Shown piece by piece: positions 26,401-39,000 of a stretch of DNA of 64,000 nt. This DNA comes from Takakia lepidozioides (taxonomy: Eukaryota; Plantae; Bryophyta): contig CM060732.1 of NCBI GenBank assembly GCA_030704615.1, forward strand, positions 31,930,001-31,994,000, given 5' to 3'. The position numbers were made by a program, and so were the translations under genes. The notes beneath the pieces were generated by a model. That model was not told the origin of the DNA and made no database searches. It saw nothing but the letters and a program-made list of their open reading frames with translations. How positions within the stretch are numbered: the first letter of the stretch is position 1; each line of letters opens with the position of its first letter.

Positions 26401-28240
26401 CAAGGATAGACCGAAAATGGTAGCACCAGATTGTAGCTCTTACGATATCACTCGATTTCCCTTGGAAGGTAGAGACAGATGAGCGAGATGGAGAGTTGTG
26501 GGTGATCATGAGGAGGACCATAGTGGAGGATGAGTGATTTAGATGTAGGGAGAACACTCTCCTTGTTTTGATTCTGTTTTTGGGCATGTGAGAGAGCAAA
26601 AGAGGGCAAAAGAGGGGCTTCAACCACATCCGTTCAATGGGTGCAATAGCCGTGCACGCATTGCAGGATATTTTTTTCGCATTGAACAAATGCATGAGAG
26701 AAGGTGACGAGTAGGATGGGAAGACTCTGCCCAAATCTGAGAGGAGGAGGAAGATGATGTCTGGACCTAGATTGTATGCACTGTAGATAGGCAGTGGGCA
26801 TCTCATTCTCTATTTTGAGTTTCCAATGCATGTATACTTGGGCTATTCCTGATGTGTCTCATTTTCTGTAGTTGCACAATGTAGTGAAAGCTTGCTAGCT
26901 CACACCTTAGAGCTACTGTCGATGGGCAGATGTTATTCTTTGGATTCCTAGATGTTCTTGGGTATGCGATCAGCAGATGCGTGACATTAGGGTGATGGAC
27001 CAGCTTTTGTTGAATCTACTTGAAGGCAAGGCAAATGAGAGAAGCATAAGTGGATGAGTGAGAAAGGAAAAAGAGATGAAGTCTGGAGAGAGAGAGGCTG
27101 AATGCATCATGTGGTCTCATGGTGAGAAGGGAAATACTGTGTGCTAGTGGATGATAACATCTCATGGGAATGTATCCCCGTCATGGTGATTCTACTGTAC
27201 CAATGACAAGCTACTGGCATATGCAATTGTTTTCCGTCGATTTTAGGTGACCGAGCATGTTTCATTTTCTCTTCCGCTGCAGGGCAGCAGATATCGGGTA
27301 TGAACGTGGTATCTTAACCAACTCTGATGATGATATGAAGGAACCGTGCTTGTTTTCTTTTCTCTTCCGCTGCAAGGCAACATAAGATGCAAGGAGGGAT
27401 TTGAGAGGAAATAATTGGCCAAGATAGAGATGTACGTCTATTGCCAAAAAAACGATTAAGGGGGAGGGATGAAGAGCTCCATGTTCCTAGATGTTCTGAT
27501 TGCACGATAAATGTGGTGGAGACACAAGAGAGACGGTCAGGCCCCGTGATTCACAGGACTCGCTTATAACGAGAGGGATAGGATATATCGATTGATAGAA
27601 ACTACATAGCTCGACATGTAATGAAAGGAAGAGAGAGGGGCCACAAGCGGCCGAAAGCAACTGAAGCGGCCGAAAGCAACTGAAGCGCCTCATGGGATTG
27701 TCTAAGCTTCATGGAGAAGCTGCCAAGCATTTCTGATCCTCATCATGAAAGACCTCCGCGAGAGATTGGAAATCCCGGAATAGAGCGAAAGTTTGAAGAT
27801 TTTAGTTCGCTAGGCCATTGTTCTGAAAACTGCCGTCTCTGTTATCTGAGGAAAGAAAGCTCGCCGCAGAAATTAATCGAGGAGCAGTTCTGAGTCGTTC
27901 TAGGTCTGGAGGAAGTCATGACAGCTTGAAATGATGATATGGTTATGGAAGTAAAATTGATGAAGTGACTTTTAAACGTCCAAGTGGCTTCTCATGCAGT
28001 GTTTTCTCTTAAAGGGCATCTACAAAATAACATACCCTGAGGAAAGTTTTGGCAATGTCTAGTTACTCAAAAGATCAGGTATGGAGATGTATTGCTCAGG
28101 TATTTGTCTAGTTGATTCAACTACTGAGTTCTCCAAAGAAAGTAATACATGGTCCAGTATCTGGGATATTGTGTCGCAGACACAGATACACAAGAATACA
28201 CCAAAAAGTACATCTAATTTCCGATAACTGTGGTATTAAC

Positions 28241-29001
28241 CTTTTGTCCCTCAGACTCGCTTGGAGTAGGCTGCTCACCTGCTTGCAAAAGAAGTAAATG
28301 CACATGCACGTTAGATGAAAATGCGATATGGATCTAAAGCTAAAGTGAATGTATTTATTAGATATAAGTATGAGACGATGCCTGCTGATCCCACGAATTA
28401 ATTAGAACTCTGAACATTCAACCTTCTCAGCACGACTGCCCTAGGCCTGTCTTCAGTGAAATGAGCTCCATCCTTCTGGAACACGAACTTGATATTAATG
28501 ACAAGAAGAGTACAGCTAGTAAGTACATTCATGATATGTCGTGTGAGCATTGGATAACTCAAGATTGTGTCGTTTCATGTTGATAGATGCCTGGACAGAT
28601 TTCAACGTAATATGATATATATCATGACTCTCGATAGGCAGGCGTTTTAGATACTAATCTCCCATATCGTAGTCCAGTACTTAATATTCCATTTTCAGGT
28701 TGGATTAAGTGAAAAGTTCAGGGATCATACCGTCGCATTTCTGGCCCGATTTGAAGTTGCAAGCGTGAGGCAGACCAAGCACTTGTCTCTTGTTAAATCC
28801 TTGGGCATTTGCGGCAGCAAAACAAAGACATTCTGGGGTGAGCATCAGTTCTTCCAAGGCCACGCAGCACTTATCGTTTGGAGGGACAGCGCCCTTTCCC
28901 GAAAGAGAATTCGAACATGGGACAAGTTGTAGCACGGCTGCATCACACATATCTGCCAAACTCGCATCGGCCAGAATGATCATGGCAGATCCCAGCTGCA
29001 T
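28241..29001 (-). CDS. non-specific lipid-transfer protein (8-Cys nsLTP, possibly type G); main exon 29001-28731, putative next exon 28278-28241
   Basis: C-x9-C-x15-CC-x11-CLC-x20-C-x7-C pattern after a hydrophobic N-terminus; phase-1 GT donor after the last Cys. The start codon and C-terminal exons are uncertain. Confidence 0.8.
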
Positions 29002-32000
29002 CCTCAACAGCAAAACATTAAGCAACTGGTAAGTGTTATCTCCAGATTGTACACCTGTAGGCCTTCACTCTCCAATTTCCACCATCTCCAGATCAACTAT
29101 TTGTAGCGAAGCCCACGTCTCACTTTATTCCGTTGTTTATCAACAGGTACACATCACATGCTTAGTAAGTCTCAATGATTTAGATACATGTACATCGAGA
29201 GAGAAGACTCCGGCCGAAGCCAGCATAAATAACTGCCGCTTCCCCTGATCACCAGAAAGGTACGTCGTACTGCCCCCTGTCGAGGGTGGGGAGTATCTAG
29301 ATACATGTATGTATATTCTCGTGAAAGTTACCCCGTGTTGTCAGCACATGTATTTTTCGGGGAGTTCTACGGATCAATATTGTAGCATGTACAACATTGC
29401 ATGTATATATGCAATAGTCAAGTGCAGGTTAGTATGCTGCTCGTATGCTGTATCTACTTCTTGATACTCCCCATGATAGCATCGGAGGTTGTTTACTACT
29501 TACCTGAAATGCCCGCAAGCCGAAGAAGATAGAGAATCGCAGTGTGGGAACAATTATACTGCTTAAGAATTTCATCGAATTTTTTCCTAGTCCAATAAGT
29601 GCACATTGAACTATATGCAGGTGCATATACAGGGTTATGATACCTTGGCAAAAATCTTTTTCACTAGTTAGGAAATTAACGATTACTCTTATTGACTTTT
29701 GCATTCAGAAAATTGATCTCGAGAACATCTAATGTATGCACTGCACCACTGAAGTTGCACAAAACAATTTAAACGATCCCTGAACCCATGCTCGATAATG
29801 ATGTCACACCTTGCCATATTTCAAAGACTACAAATTTCAGAATTTGGTAGTGCAGTGCAGACAGAGCAAGCGACGAGACGAAGAAGAGACTGAGTGAAAG
29901 CGTGTGGGGTTCTGTGAAACGAGGCTACCAGAAGAAATAGGGCCACATGAGCTGCAGTGCCTTTCATCATGGTTGCAAATCTTTAGGTTCTGTCTCAGAC
30001 CCTCCTTGCCAGTTCACAATGCATTGACCACCCGTTGCAATCAAAGTATTTCTCTCCGTCAGTCCTACAGTAATTCTTAGTTCTCTCTCTCTCTCTCTCT
30101 CTCTGCAAAATCTGTATAGCTGATGAAAATTCAAAGGCGAATGTTCCCAAGAGTACTCAGACCTGTGCTCCTCAAGATGATCCTCCAAAGAAGCATGATA
30201 AGGTGATGCAGGCAGAAAGAGAGAAGGTGAGCAAGCAACCGCTACTAACTACCCAACACGTGAAGCACGTGAGTTTGCATTTGATTTTGAAACGTTGCGT
30301 TGCTTCTTTCCACATTTGTCATCCACCGTCGTGCATTCTCGTTTCACTGCTTGGACGTTTCACATCCCTGACGTCACAGAGTCTGGATGATCACAGTGGA
30401 TGGCTGGATCCAATGGATGAAGAAATACCACAGTATCAAACTCTATGTGACTCTTCCGAGGCAGCTACTGAAGTGGGCTGCCAGATTGGGCGTCAGAACA
30501 AGTGTGATCAGGGATGATCGCAGCAAGGGCCTTTTGTAGACGATATTGTTGCAAAAGAGAGGATTATGGTTGAGCTGGCGCAACAGCAGTCCCGAAACAG
30601 AAGAATGAGAAAATCTTGGGTTGTGAATTGAAGATGAAGAGTGTGTTTGCAGATTATGGAATTCGATCCTTGCCTCCGACAATCTCTTCTAGAGTTGGAG
30701 GATAAGATTGTAGCGGGGGTCACGGTCCAAGGTCTTCAAAAGTGAACAGATGCTTTGGACATGAATGTGCAAGCTTCATAGTTGTAAGGCATGCATGGAG
30801 AAAGGCGGACCTGAGCGTGGGAATAACAGTGGTGTACTCCGCCAGCCTTGCCGCCATCGATGGCCTCATCACGATTGTTGCTGCGCTTCAGACATGGCCC
30901 TTCTCAATTGGGCATTTTTACTAGAGTGAAATTCAAGTTTCGGAGGAGGGCTTGGTTTCTCTATTTGTTGTGGTTCGAGGGGAAGGAGATCAAGGGGGAT
31001 AGACGAAGCAGAGGGACGGACAGTACTGTTGAGACCGAAGGTGGATGTAAGTGAAGTAGACTAGAGGTGGAATCTAATCTCTGCTGAAGGGCTTGTGGAG
31101 TTAGTGCATGCAGCTGCTGAGGCTAGTAACTGACATGCGGGCTGGACTCCGCAGAAGGTTGGTCTGTTCTTCTCCCAGAAATGCTTATCTGAGCAGATAG
31201 TGAACATTGTCTTCATGGAGAAAAGAAAAATTCCTTGTTGATTGGGATATGATGAGCACTAATGTTCACAGTTTATGCATATCTTTTTCCAGCTCTTTCA
31301 CTGGATGATTGGTGCATCAGATTTAGGTTAGCTTGGTCTCCTGATCCGGACTCAATCTTCTCTCTCCCTCTCTCACTTTGTTCCCTAATGAATAGATAAG
31401 TAGTGGCATGTGCATCTGTGCTCAGGGGTTAGGGAAGCAAGAGATGGAATCAACTTTGTGCTTTCTAGCATGATGTCTTTACCAGCCCGTGTTTCAAACT
31501 TTATATTGCATGTCGCTAGATTGTCATTGGCTGTAAGCTCCAATTTCTACTTAAAATTGAAATCCCGCAACCGGCTCCAGGAGGGTTGCAGATGTCCATG
31601 GAGGGCGTGGATAAGCACAATCTTGACCTTTGACTCTCCTTCGCCTTAGCCATGATCTCCTTCCATCTTTAGAGCATTTTCGAATCCAAATAAGAAATCC
31701 TTTTGGAAAATTACCAAACGGATTGCCACTCACCAAGAATTTATTGTGCCCCTCCTTTTCAACTCCAGCCTTCTCACCAACCTTTCCAACAGCCTTCTCA
31801 GCTTGTTCCCCACTGCCTGTACTGTTTTGCTACCGATTGGACAAAGGACTGAAAGCTTGGATCTTCAATTCGTGCCCTTTTATTGATCCGAACTCTTACC
31901 ATGGAATTACTGCATAAGTAACCTAGGTTCTCTTACTTCTTTTCCTCTATGTTCGTTTGTTCGATCTATGTACTTTGTTTATATATCTTTCTGTGTAGAT

Positions 32001-33599
32001 TTTTTCACAGAATAAAACTTTCTCTTACTTCTTTTCCTTTGTCTTCGTTTGTGTTTTTTCTTCGATTTCTGTTATTTGTCTATGTTTCTTTATGTGTAAG
32101 TTTTTTTTTGTAGAGGAGAGAGCAGCTGTGGGGGTAGTCATACACGCTGGCATTACTCAATGACTGAACAGGTCCATGTCAGCCGCTGTGTAATAGAGAC
32201 ACGTGCTCTCTACAGAACACGCCACGTGTCAGACTGCGACGTCATCCGACTGCAGAGGAGGGAATCAGACGTCAGCATGTGTCGCATCGTGATTTTGACA
32301 CGTGGTTCCTCATGTCAATTGACACGCGTCGCTGTTGGGGGTTGTAGATTTACTTTATTGTTATTATAATTACTAAAATAATTATTATAATTATTTGTTA
32401 TTATAATTATTATTACTGACCAACATGGGACAGTGGCACATTATTAAATAACGAATTTTTGAAACTATATTCTTAGATAAAATATTTATTCGCTCAGATA
32501 CCAAAACACACCCTTACGGGGAAGGAGAGTTTGCCTTAGTGCCTGTGCTGAATTGCATCTGCTACTGTTACCTGTTTATGGATACTTTTTTATTGTCACT
32601 TTGGCAGTATCATATCAAAGTCACTCCAAACTATCTACCATCTACCCATGACCATCTACCCATGTAGGTTTCTTGTAGCTATCCTTCCACAGGGAATCAT
32701 TGGTAATCTGGAGCTTGAAATCCGGCTTTCTTGGATGATCTGGACCCACACTCTATCCCTGCTCCTTCAGCTATCCATGCCTCTGCATAGATCATGCATA
32801 TATCATTGCATTGCTGTTAGCAGCTGACAATGACAGCCTACATTTGTTCCAGCAAACACCCAACTCAACTTACCACACAAGTTCCTATTCTCAATTGCAT
32901 CTGTTACTCTCTGTAATCCAACAGGCATTTACCTTTTTGCCTCGGTTGTCCCACCATTGACTGGGGTCAGAAAAGTATTCATTCCACAGCTTCCCCTCAT
33001 CTCCGTTAACTGTTTTTCGATACTTTCATGTTGTCACATTGGCAATATCATGTCAAAGTCACTCCAAACTAGATTCACTCAACCAGCTAACTTGCAGACA
33101 TTGAAATTTAGGGCCGGTTCTGATAAGAGGGAAAAACAGGGTGAAATGTGTTGAAGAAGGTGCCTTTATTAGCAGTGCTTGATTTTATCAATTGTGCCGC
33201 TACTCCTGCGGCTTCCAGTTCACCATCTACCCATGCAGGTTTCTTATAGCTAAATCCACATGTAATCATAGGTAATCATGTGCTTGAAATCTGGCCCTCT
33301 TGGATGAATCTGGACCCATACTTTATCCCTGCTCTTTCAGCTATCACTGCTTCTGCACAAATCATGCATACTTCCTTGCCTTGCAGCTGATAATGACAGC
33401 CTACATTTGTTCTAGGAAACACCCAACTCAGCTTATCACACTAGTTCCTATGCTGAATTGCGTCTGCCCTCTATAATCTAACAGGCATTAACCTTTTTCC
33501 CTCGGTTGTCCCACCATTCCACAACTTCTCCTCGTCTCTGTGACCTGTTTCTGGATACTTTCATGTTGTCACATTGGCATCATGTCAAAGTTCAGATCG

Positions 33600-34580
33600 A
33601 CATCTAGTACAATTCCACCACGAACCTCTTTGCTATTTTGCAGGGCTGCCAGGCTTGCACACATGTTGCAAATGTAACAAACGCGATGTGGTTGCGCTGC
33701 AGTATCCCTTCCCACACCACTTGCTCATAGACCTCTCCAAAGGGCCTCCATCCCGTGCCGTTGTTGTGCATATCCTGGGATCATCATCCTCCATGCACCC
33801 CAATTTGGCATACAAGTCCACAAGGGCATAGTTCAGAACAACATTTGTTTAATTCCAGCTTGGACGATCAACATCACAAACCCCGTCTTCACTCATTGCC
33901 TACTCTAGGTAAGTGCAATTATGGGCTAGGCTGGTACCACATCTCATTCAGCCATATTATCAAAACAACCATGTATCCTTGTAGTTGCACCCTGCAACCT
34001 TGGCATACATGTCCACTACGGCAACGTTCAGAATCACATCAAATACAATACCAGCTTTGACAATATCACCGTGGACCTCTGTACTCTTTTTCAGGGCTGT
34101 CAGGCGTGCATTTGACATACATATCCACCAAGGCAGTGTTTAGAGTGACATCTAGTGGTACAATTCCAGATTTTATAATGGACCTTTGCGTCCTTTCCAG
34201 GGCTACCAGGCTCGCATTTGACATACATGTACACCAAGGGAATGTTCAGAATGACATCAGGTACAATTCCAGCTTTGATGATGTCACCATGAACCTCTTG
34301 GCCCCTTCCCAGGGCTGCTAGGCTCGCATATGCATATTAACAAACACAAATGAACATGACGGTTTGGCTTCATCCTTTCCCACATCATTTGTTCTTAGGT
34401 TTCCAAAGCCTTACTCCCACACCTATGCTACACACACCTTACAATCATGGCAGTCCACAACACCACATCTCATTTAGCCATGTTGTCGAACTCTTCCTTT
34501 GCATCAGGCTTGCTGCACCCATATTTGGCATACATGTCCACTAGGGCAGTGGTCAGAATGACAACTAGTACAGTTTCAGC
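33600..34580 (-). pseudogene. degenerate PLS-class pentatricopeptide repeat tract
   Basis: ALVDMYAKYG..FDNMAK*DVVLWTAMI..GSKALET, LVDMYVKC, VVDMYAK..FDNMAE*DVV and ALVDLYAKLGCMED, with many frameshifts and stops. Confidence 0.88.
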
Positions 34581-35061
34581 TTTGACGATGGCACATGGCC
34601 AAGAGATATCCCAATATCCCGCTACCAATGGGTTCAATGCATACTCTTGTCACATTGGCAGTATCATGTCAAAGTCACTCCAACTAGATTCACTCAACCA
34701 GCTAACTTGCAGAATTGAACATGAAAATTTAGGGCCGATTCTGATAAGAGGGGAAAATAGGGTGAAATGTGTTTCAGAAGGTGCCTTCATTAGCAGTGCT
34801 TGATTGTATCAATTGTGCTGCTGCTGCTGCGGCTTCCAATTGACCATCTACCCATGCAGGTTTCTTGTATCTATCCTTCCACAGGGAATCATAGATAATC
34901 TGGAGCTTGAAATCTGGCCCTCTTCCACACTCTATCCCTGCTCCTTCAGCTATCTATGCCTCTGCACAAAATCATGCATACAACAATCATTCCAGCAAAC
35001 ACCCCCAACCCTACTTATCAATGAGCAACGAGCTAACTTACATAATTCAATATGCATCTCA

Positions 35062-35961
35062 AGGCCGAGTCTGATGAGAGGGCAAAACAGGCTGAAATAG
35101 GTCGAAGAAGAACCCATAGAGGATTTGACCGACCATCAACCCAAAAGGACCTCTTGTGTGTGCTGCTTGTGTCTTGTAGTCAGGTAACGTCGGATTGGTC
35201 TGTGAGAACCAGCACGGTGCAGATGAGCAGGCAGAGATTGAAACACGGCCTGCTAAGACCAAGCTGACTCTCCCAAGAACCTTGAAACATCAGGAAGAAT
35301 ACCAAATCATGGTACTAACAGGAGCCAACAGCCCACATTTGCAGGATGGACAAACTTCTTCACATCGTACATTAAGGAAAAGCCACACCTTGCCATTGCG
35401 GTTGTCGCACCATCGTGAAGGATCTTTAAAAATCTCATGCCAACTCTGCTCCGTGCTGCAAATGAAGGGCCGAGTCTGATGAGAGGGCAAAACAGGCTGA
35501 AATAGGTCGAAGAAGAAGGTGCCCTCACCACATTGTCCTCGACCTTGTGTCATGGCCCATGGAGGATTTGACTGACCATGAACCCAAGAGGACCTCTTCA
35601 GTGTGCTGCTTGTTTCTGTAGTCAGGTAATGTCGGATTGGTCAGTGAGAACCACCACGGTGCAGCTGAGTGGGCAGAGATTGAAACACGGCCTGCTAAGA
35701 CCAAGCTAACTCTCCCAAGAACCTTGTAAACATCAGGAAGAATACCAAATCATGGTACTAACAGGACCCACATTTGCAGGATGGACAAACTTCTTCACAT
35801 CGTACATTAAGAAAAAGCCACACCTTGCGATTGCGGTTGTCCCACCATCGTGAAGGATCTTTTAGAAACTCATCCCAGCTCTGCTCCGTGCTGTAAAATC
35901 AGGGCCGAGCGGGTAGAGATTGAAACATGGCCTGCTAAGACGAAGCTGACTCTCCCAAGAA
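35062..35961. repeat. ~400-430 bp tandem duplication (two full copies plus a partial) carrying the PDF first-half exon
   Basis: GGCCGAGTCTGATGAGAGGGCAAAACAGGCTGAAATAGGTCGAAGAAG at ~35062 and ~35468; GAGATTGAAACA.GGCCTGCTAAGAC three times. Confidence 0.9.
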
Positions 35962-36209
35962 CGGCGGGCTCCCAGCCGAAACCTCTTCGCACACATACCG
36001 TAGCGTTTCTAGGGTTGCTTGCTCCAAATGCGAAGGTTGATCCAACTGCGGGCCTCCCATGCATGTTTGCCCTCTCTCCCGCTCGCTCGCTCTAAGTCCC
36101 AACCCTCTCTCTCTCTCCCTCCCGCTCGCTCTAAGTCTGTTCACGCTACCGTGATGGGCAACTTTTTAAGTTTTTTAACCTTTTTTTAAACCCTAAAAGC
36201 CCCTCTTTG

Positions 36210-36414
36210 ATTTTTTTTCTTTTTTTTTTTCTTAAAGGAAACCACAGGTCCTTGAGGAGGGGGGAAAATTCACCCACCTTCATTTATGGGCCATAAGACG
36301 TATAGGACGATCAACGCCCAGACATACTGTCACGAACAATCCCACACACGGGATAAGGCAGCGGGTTTGAACCCCAAACCACCAGGGCGACACACTGTGC
36401 ACTTACCAGCCGAT
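36210..36414 (-). mobile_element. tRNA-derived SINE (second copy, A-box partly deleted)
   Basis: Shares CATTTATGGGCCAT..AGGACGATCAACGCCCA..GAACAATCCCACACAC..CCAGCCGAT with 14774-15010; poly(T) on the plus strand. Confidence 0.75.
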
Positions 36415-36589
36415 GTGTTTTTTTTTTTTTTTAATTGCATTTTTTTTTTAAAATTGATTCTAGTGGTCAGAGTCTCCGTTTTTTCAAAATATAAATACTC
36501 ATATATTATATATATAACCAGAAAAGCATGTGTTGACATGTGGAGTCATGTAGTGATTCATCCATGTGATGATCTGGCAGAATGCAGTA

Positions 36590-36872
36590 GAGTGAGAGTC
36601 ATGAAGTCATATGTCTTTCTAGCAATATACACACGTCATTCTAGTGTAGCCATGACCGTGACTGGTAGTCATATCTGCCATGTCAATATTCGTGGTCAAA
36701 CATGTTTGACCTGTGTTCCGCATAGTCCGGAGCCATGCAGTCGCATATACGCCTTCCCCAAACCTGCATTATGACTTCAAAAGCATTTTACGACTTCAAA
36801 TGGCATTTCTGCCACAAATCTGTCATGACTGCGTACCCATGGGAGTCGTAAAAGCCGCAATCTGTTGTAGTG
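36590..36872. mobile_element. orphan CACTA terminus
   Basis: Ends AGCCGCAATCTGTTGTAGTG; subterminal GTCATATCTGCCATGTCA and CATGACTGC motifs are shared with 41770-41917. Confidence 0.7.
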
Positions 36873-37979
36873 GGAGGAGCATGGACTTCAATTCTTGTTC
36901 GATGGGATACATAGCTCACCTCGTTCTTAATTTGTTGAAAATTTGCCTATTTTTAGTGTCCAGTTTATAGTAGAAAGGTTGCAAACCTGCGTAGTAAAAA
37001 TAGAAATTCTGTGGGAAGGGTCAACCATGTATGTACATGGCCGAGTCACTTTTTGGAGGGAAAAAATATTCTACTTTTGATGCTCTCATAAGTAGAGGAC
37101 TGTCATGATTTCAAATTGAGATAGTTTGTGAATAAGACTAGATTTTGACATCCTTATCTCAGCCAGCTTCACTCAAAAGATGTGACATTCTAATGGTGGC
37201 AATCTTTTGCTGTAAATTTGTCATTGAGGTGAGAGGCAGATGGTGCATATAGCGTGTCCTCAGGGTTTGTGTTGTGTGTTGCAGACTGAGAAAGTGTTGC
37301 CAGCTCATTATCTGTCCCTCGTTGTTCGGCTCTGTGGAAAGCTTTCAATGCTCGACCGCATTCTACCCAAGCTGAAGGCTGCAAATCATCGAGCAGGTCA
37401 TCGTAAGTCAAGGAAGGACATCGAGTAGCTGAAACAGGTGGGGTTCCTATAATTTTACAAATGATAGGTCAGCAACTTCTTTGGCATGTATCTATACATT
37501 TTTCAGTCCTTGTTAACTTCAGCTTTACATTGGAAATATGCTTCACATGGCTTACCTCTAACGGGTCCAGTGGGCAGTATATCAGGGCTAAATTGTAGTT
37601 CTGTGAAAAAAAGAGTGGGCAGCTAATGCAGTCACTCACGTGCCAACATATTAAGGATTCATTGATTGCAGGCTGCAGAAAGCACAACAAGGAAAGGGAA
37701 GAGGCAGCTTGGAGGGCAGAGGCACTAGATGGAGGTTGTTGCCCATCAAAGCAAGCACACTCTAGAACCTGAAAGTGGTAACAACTTTTGTTCCCCTCTT
37801 TTTTTAGTGGTCATGTGAAATCACCCCTTAGTGCATTATCTAGCTAGTTGTTTCATCCTAAGCAAACCGAGAGCAAGATTTCTTCTAGACATTTCCACAT
37901 CATATCTTCTGTCGACTCTTCTGGATTTGCATCATGTTGCTCTTCGCCATGGTCATGTTCAGCATGATCAATGTCATGA

Positions 37980-39000
37980 TTCGTAGCTACAAATAGAGAG
38001 TTAAGACATTCGCCTCCATAGCTTGAATCTGGAAATTCGTATTGAAAGCCCTGTGTAGATCAGCTTTTCCCAGCCTCTGCATATGATGCTAACCGTAGCT
38101 CCGACATGGCACCAAGCCTTGAACAGCCAAGAAGGTAGAAGGGGCTTGAGGGTGGACAGTCGTAAGTCAACTTTAAGAGGTTCTGATCAGTCAAGTTGTC
38201 CTTTTATTGTTGAGCAGGTCCACAGATTGAACTCTTTTTTGAAGGCACGTTTGAAAGGTCTCTGCATTATTACATCTGCTGACTGCAAAACACTGGTACA
38301 GTTTGCAGGGATATAAAGGAGACAAATCTAAGGATAGTTTGACTTCATCAGATCTTTGAATTCTTGGCTCTTGTGAACAGACCAGCAATCAATCAACCAA
38401 ACCATTTTCTGGTCAGCTGGTAAGTCAAGCTCTTTGATTTGGGATACATAGTATGGCAGTAGAATCTGATCTATAAATTGCTTGTAGGTGTCCAAAGTAG
38501 ACAAATGGGTTGTAGTGAAAGTGAAATGAAAACCTGTAGCTTGACATTGTTGTCGTCCCACACTATTGGGTAGAAGTGCACGAGCTGTTGTGCCTTTCAA
38601 GATGACTTGTAGCGGTAGGATTGTCCCAAAAGCTGAAGAAGATACCACTGCCGTAATTTGTTTTTTGTCCTCCATACCCAAGACATGAATTTGTTTAGTT
38701 CCATTGGTTTCCCAAGTGTGTTCACCACCTGAAGGCACAAGATGTATCTCTATTTGATCTGTGTTGACCACTAACTGAGGTGGAATATTGTAGAGTTTGA
38801 CGAGGTAAGCTACCCGTTGTGCCATTAATGTCCCTTGTTCTTCCCAATCTTTGGGAAGTTTTGATGTTGTTGTGGTTGACGTTTGGTAGGACTAGCTGAG
38901 GTATGTCTTCATAAACAACATCGTCCACCTCAGTGTCACCTAAAAGCCTCCATGCATGTTGTTGTCCACCAGTAGCTCTGGTGCACGATTCTCACTCAAT
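37980..39000 (-). mobile_element. pogo/Tc5-like DDE_1 transposase, degenerate
   Basis: KLPKDWEEQG..VVNTDQ..EDKKQITAVVSSSAFGTILPLQVILKG..WLIDCWSVH..YIPANCTSVLQSADVIMQRPFK, with in-frame stops. Confidence 0.88.

Larger units (their letters stand above)
32590..36064 (-). pseudogene. degenerate gene with tandem OSB-type PDF motifs interleaved with PLS-PPR motifs
   Basis: Exons 35890-35824 TEQSWDEFLKDPSRWWDNRNRK and 35455-35389 TEQSWHEIFKDPSRWCDNRNGK; ~34921-34830 GPDFKLQIIYDSLWKDRYKKPAWV; 33309-33215 IHPRGPDFKHMITYDYMWI; ~32740-32660 HPRKPDFKLQITNDSLWKDSYKKPTWV. Confidence 0.75.

Noticed and set aside
27646-27688. AAGCGGCCGAAAGCAACTG tandem repeat resembling a ribozyme core
   Set aside because: A simple 19-bp duplication lacking CUGANGA.
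30203-31054. Coding-like ORFs
   Set aside because: Broken by stops and no family motif was recognisable, so I cannot support a call.
35070-35105. Hammerhead-ribozyme-like CTGATGAG...GAAA (also ~35477, variants at ~33120 and ~34741)
   Set aside because: Stem II cannot pair (GAGGGC versus AGGCT) and no stem I/III was found. It is the antisense of a pyrimidine-rich intron segment of the PDF repeat unit.
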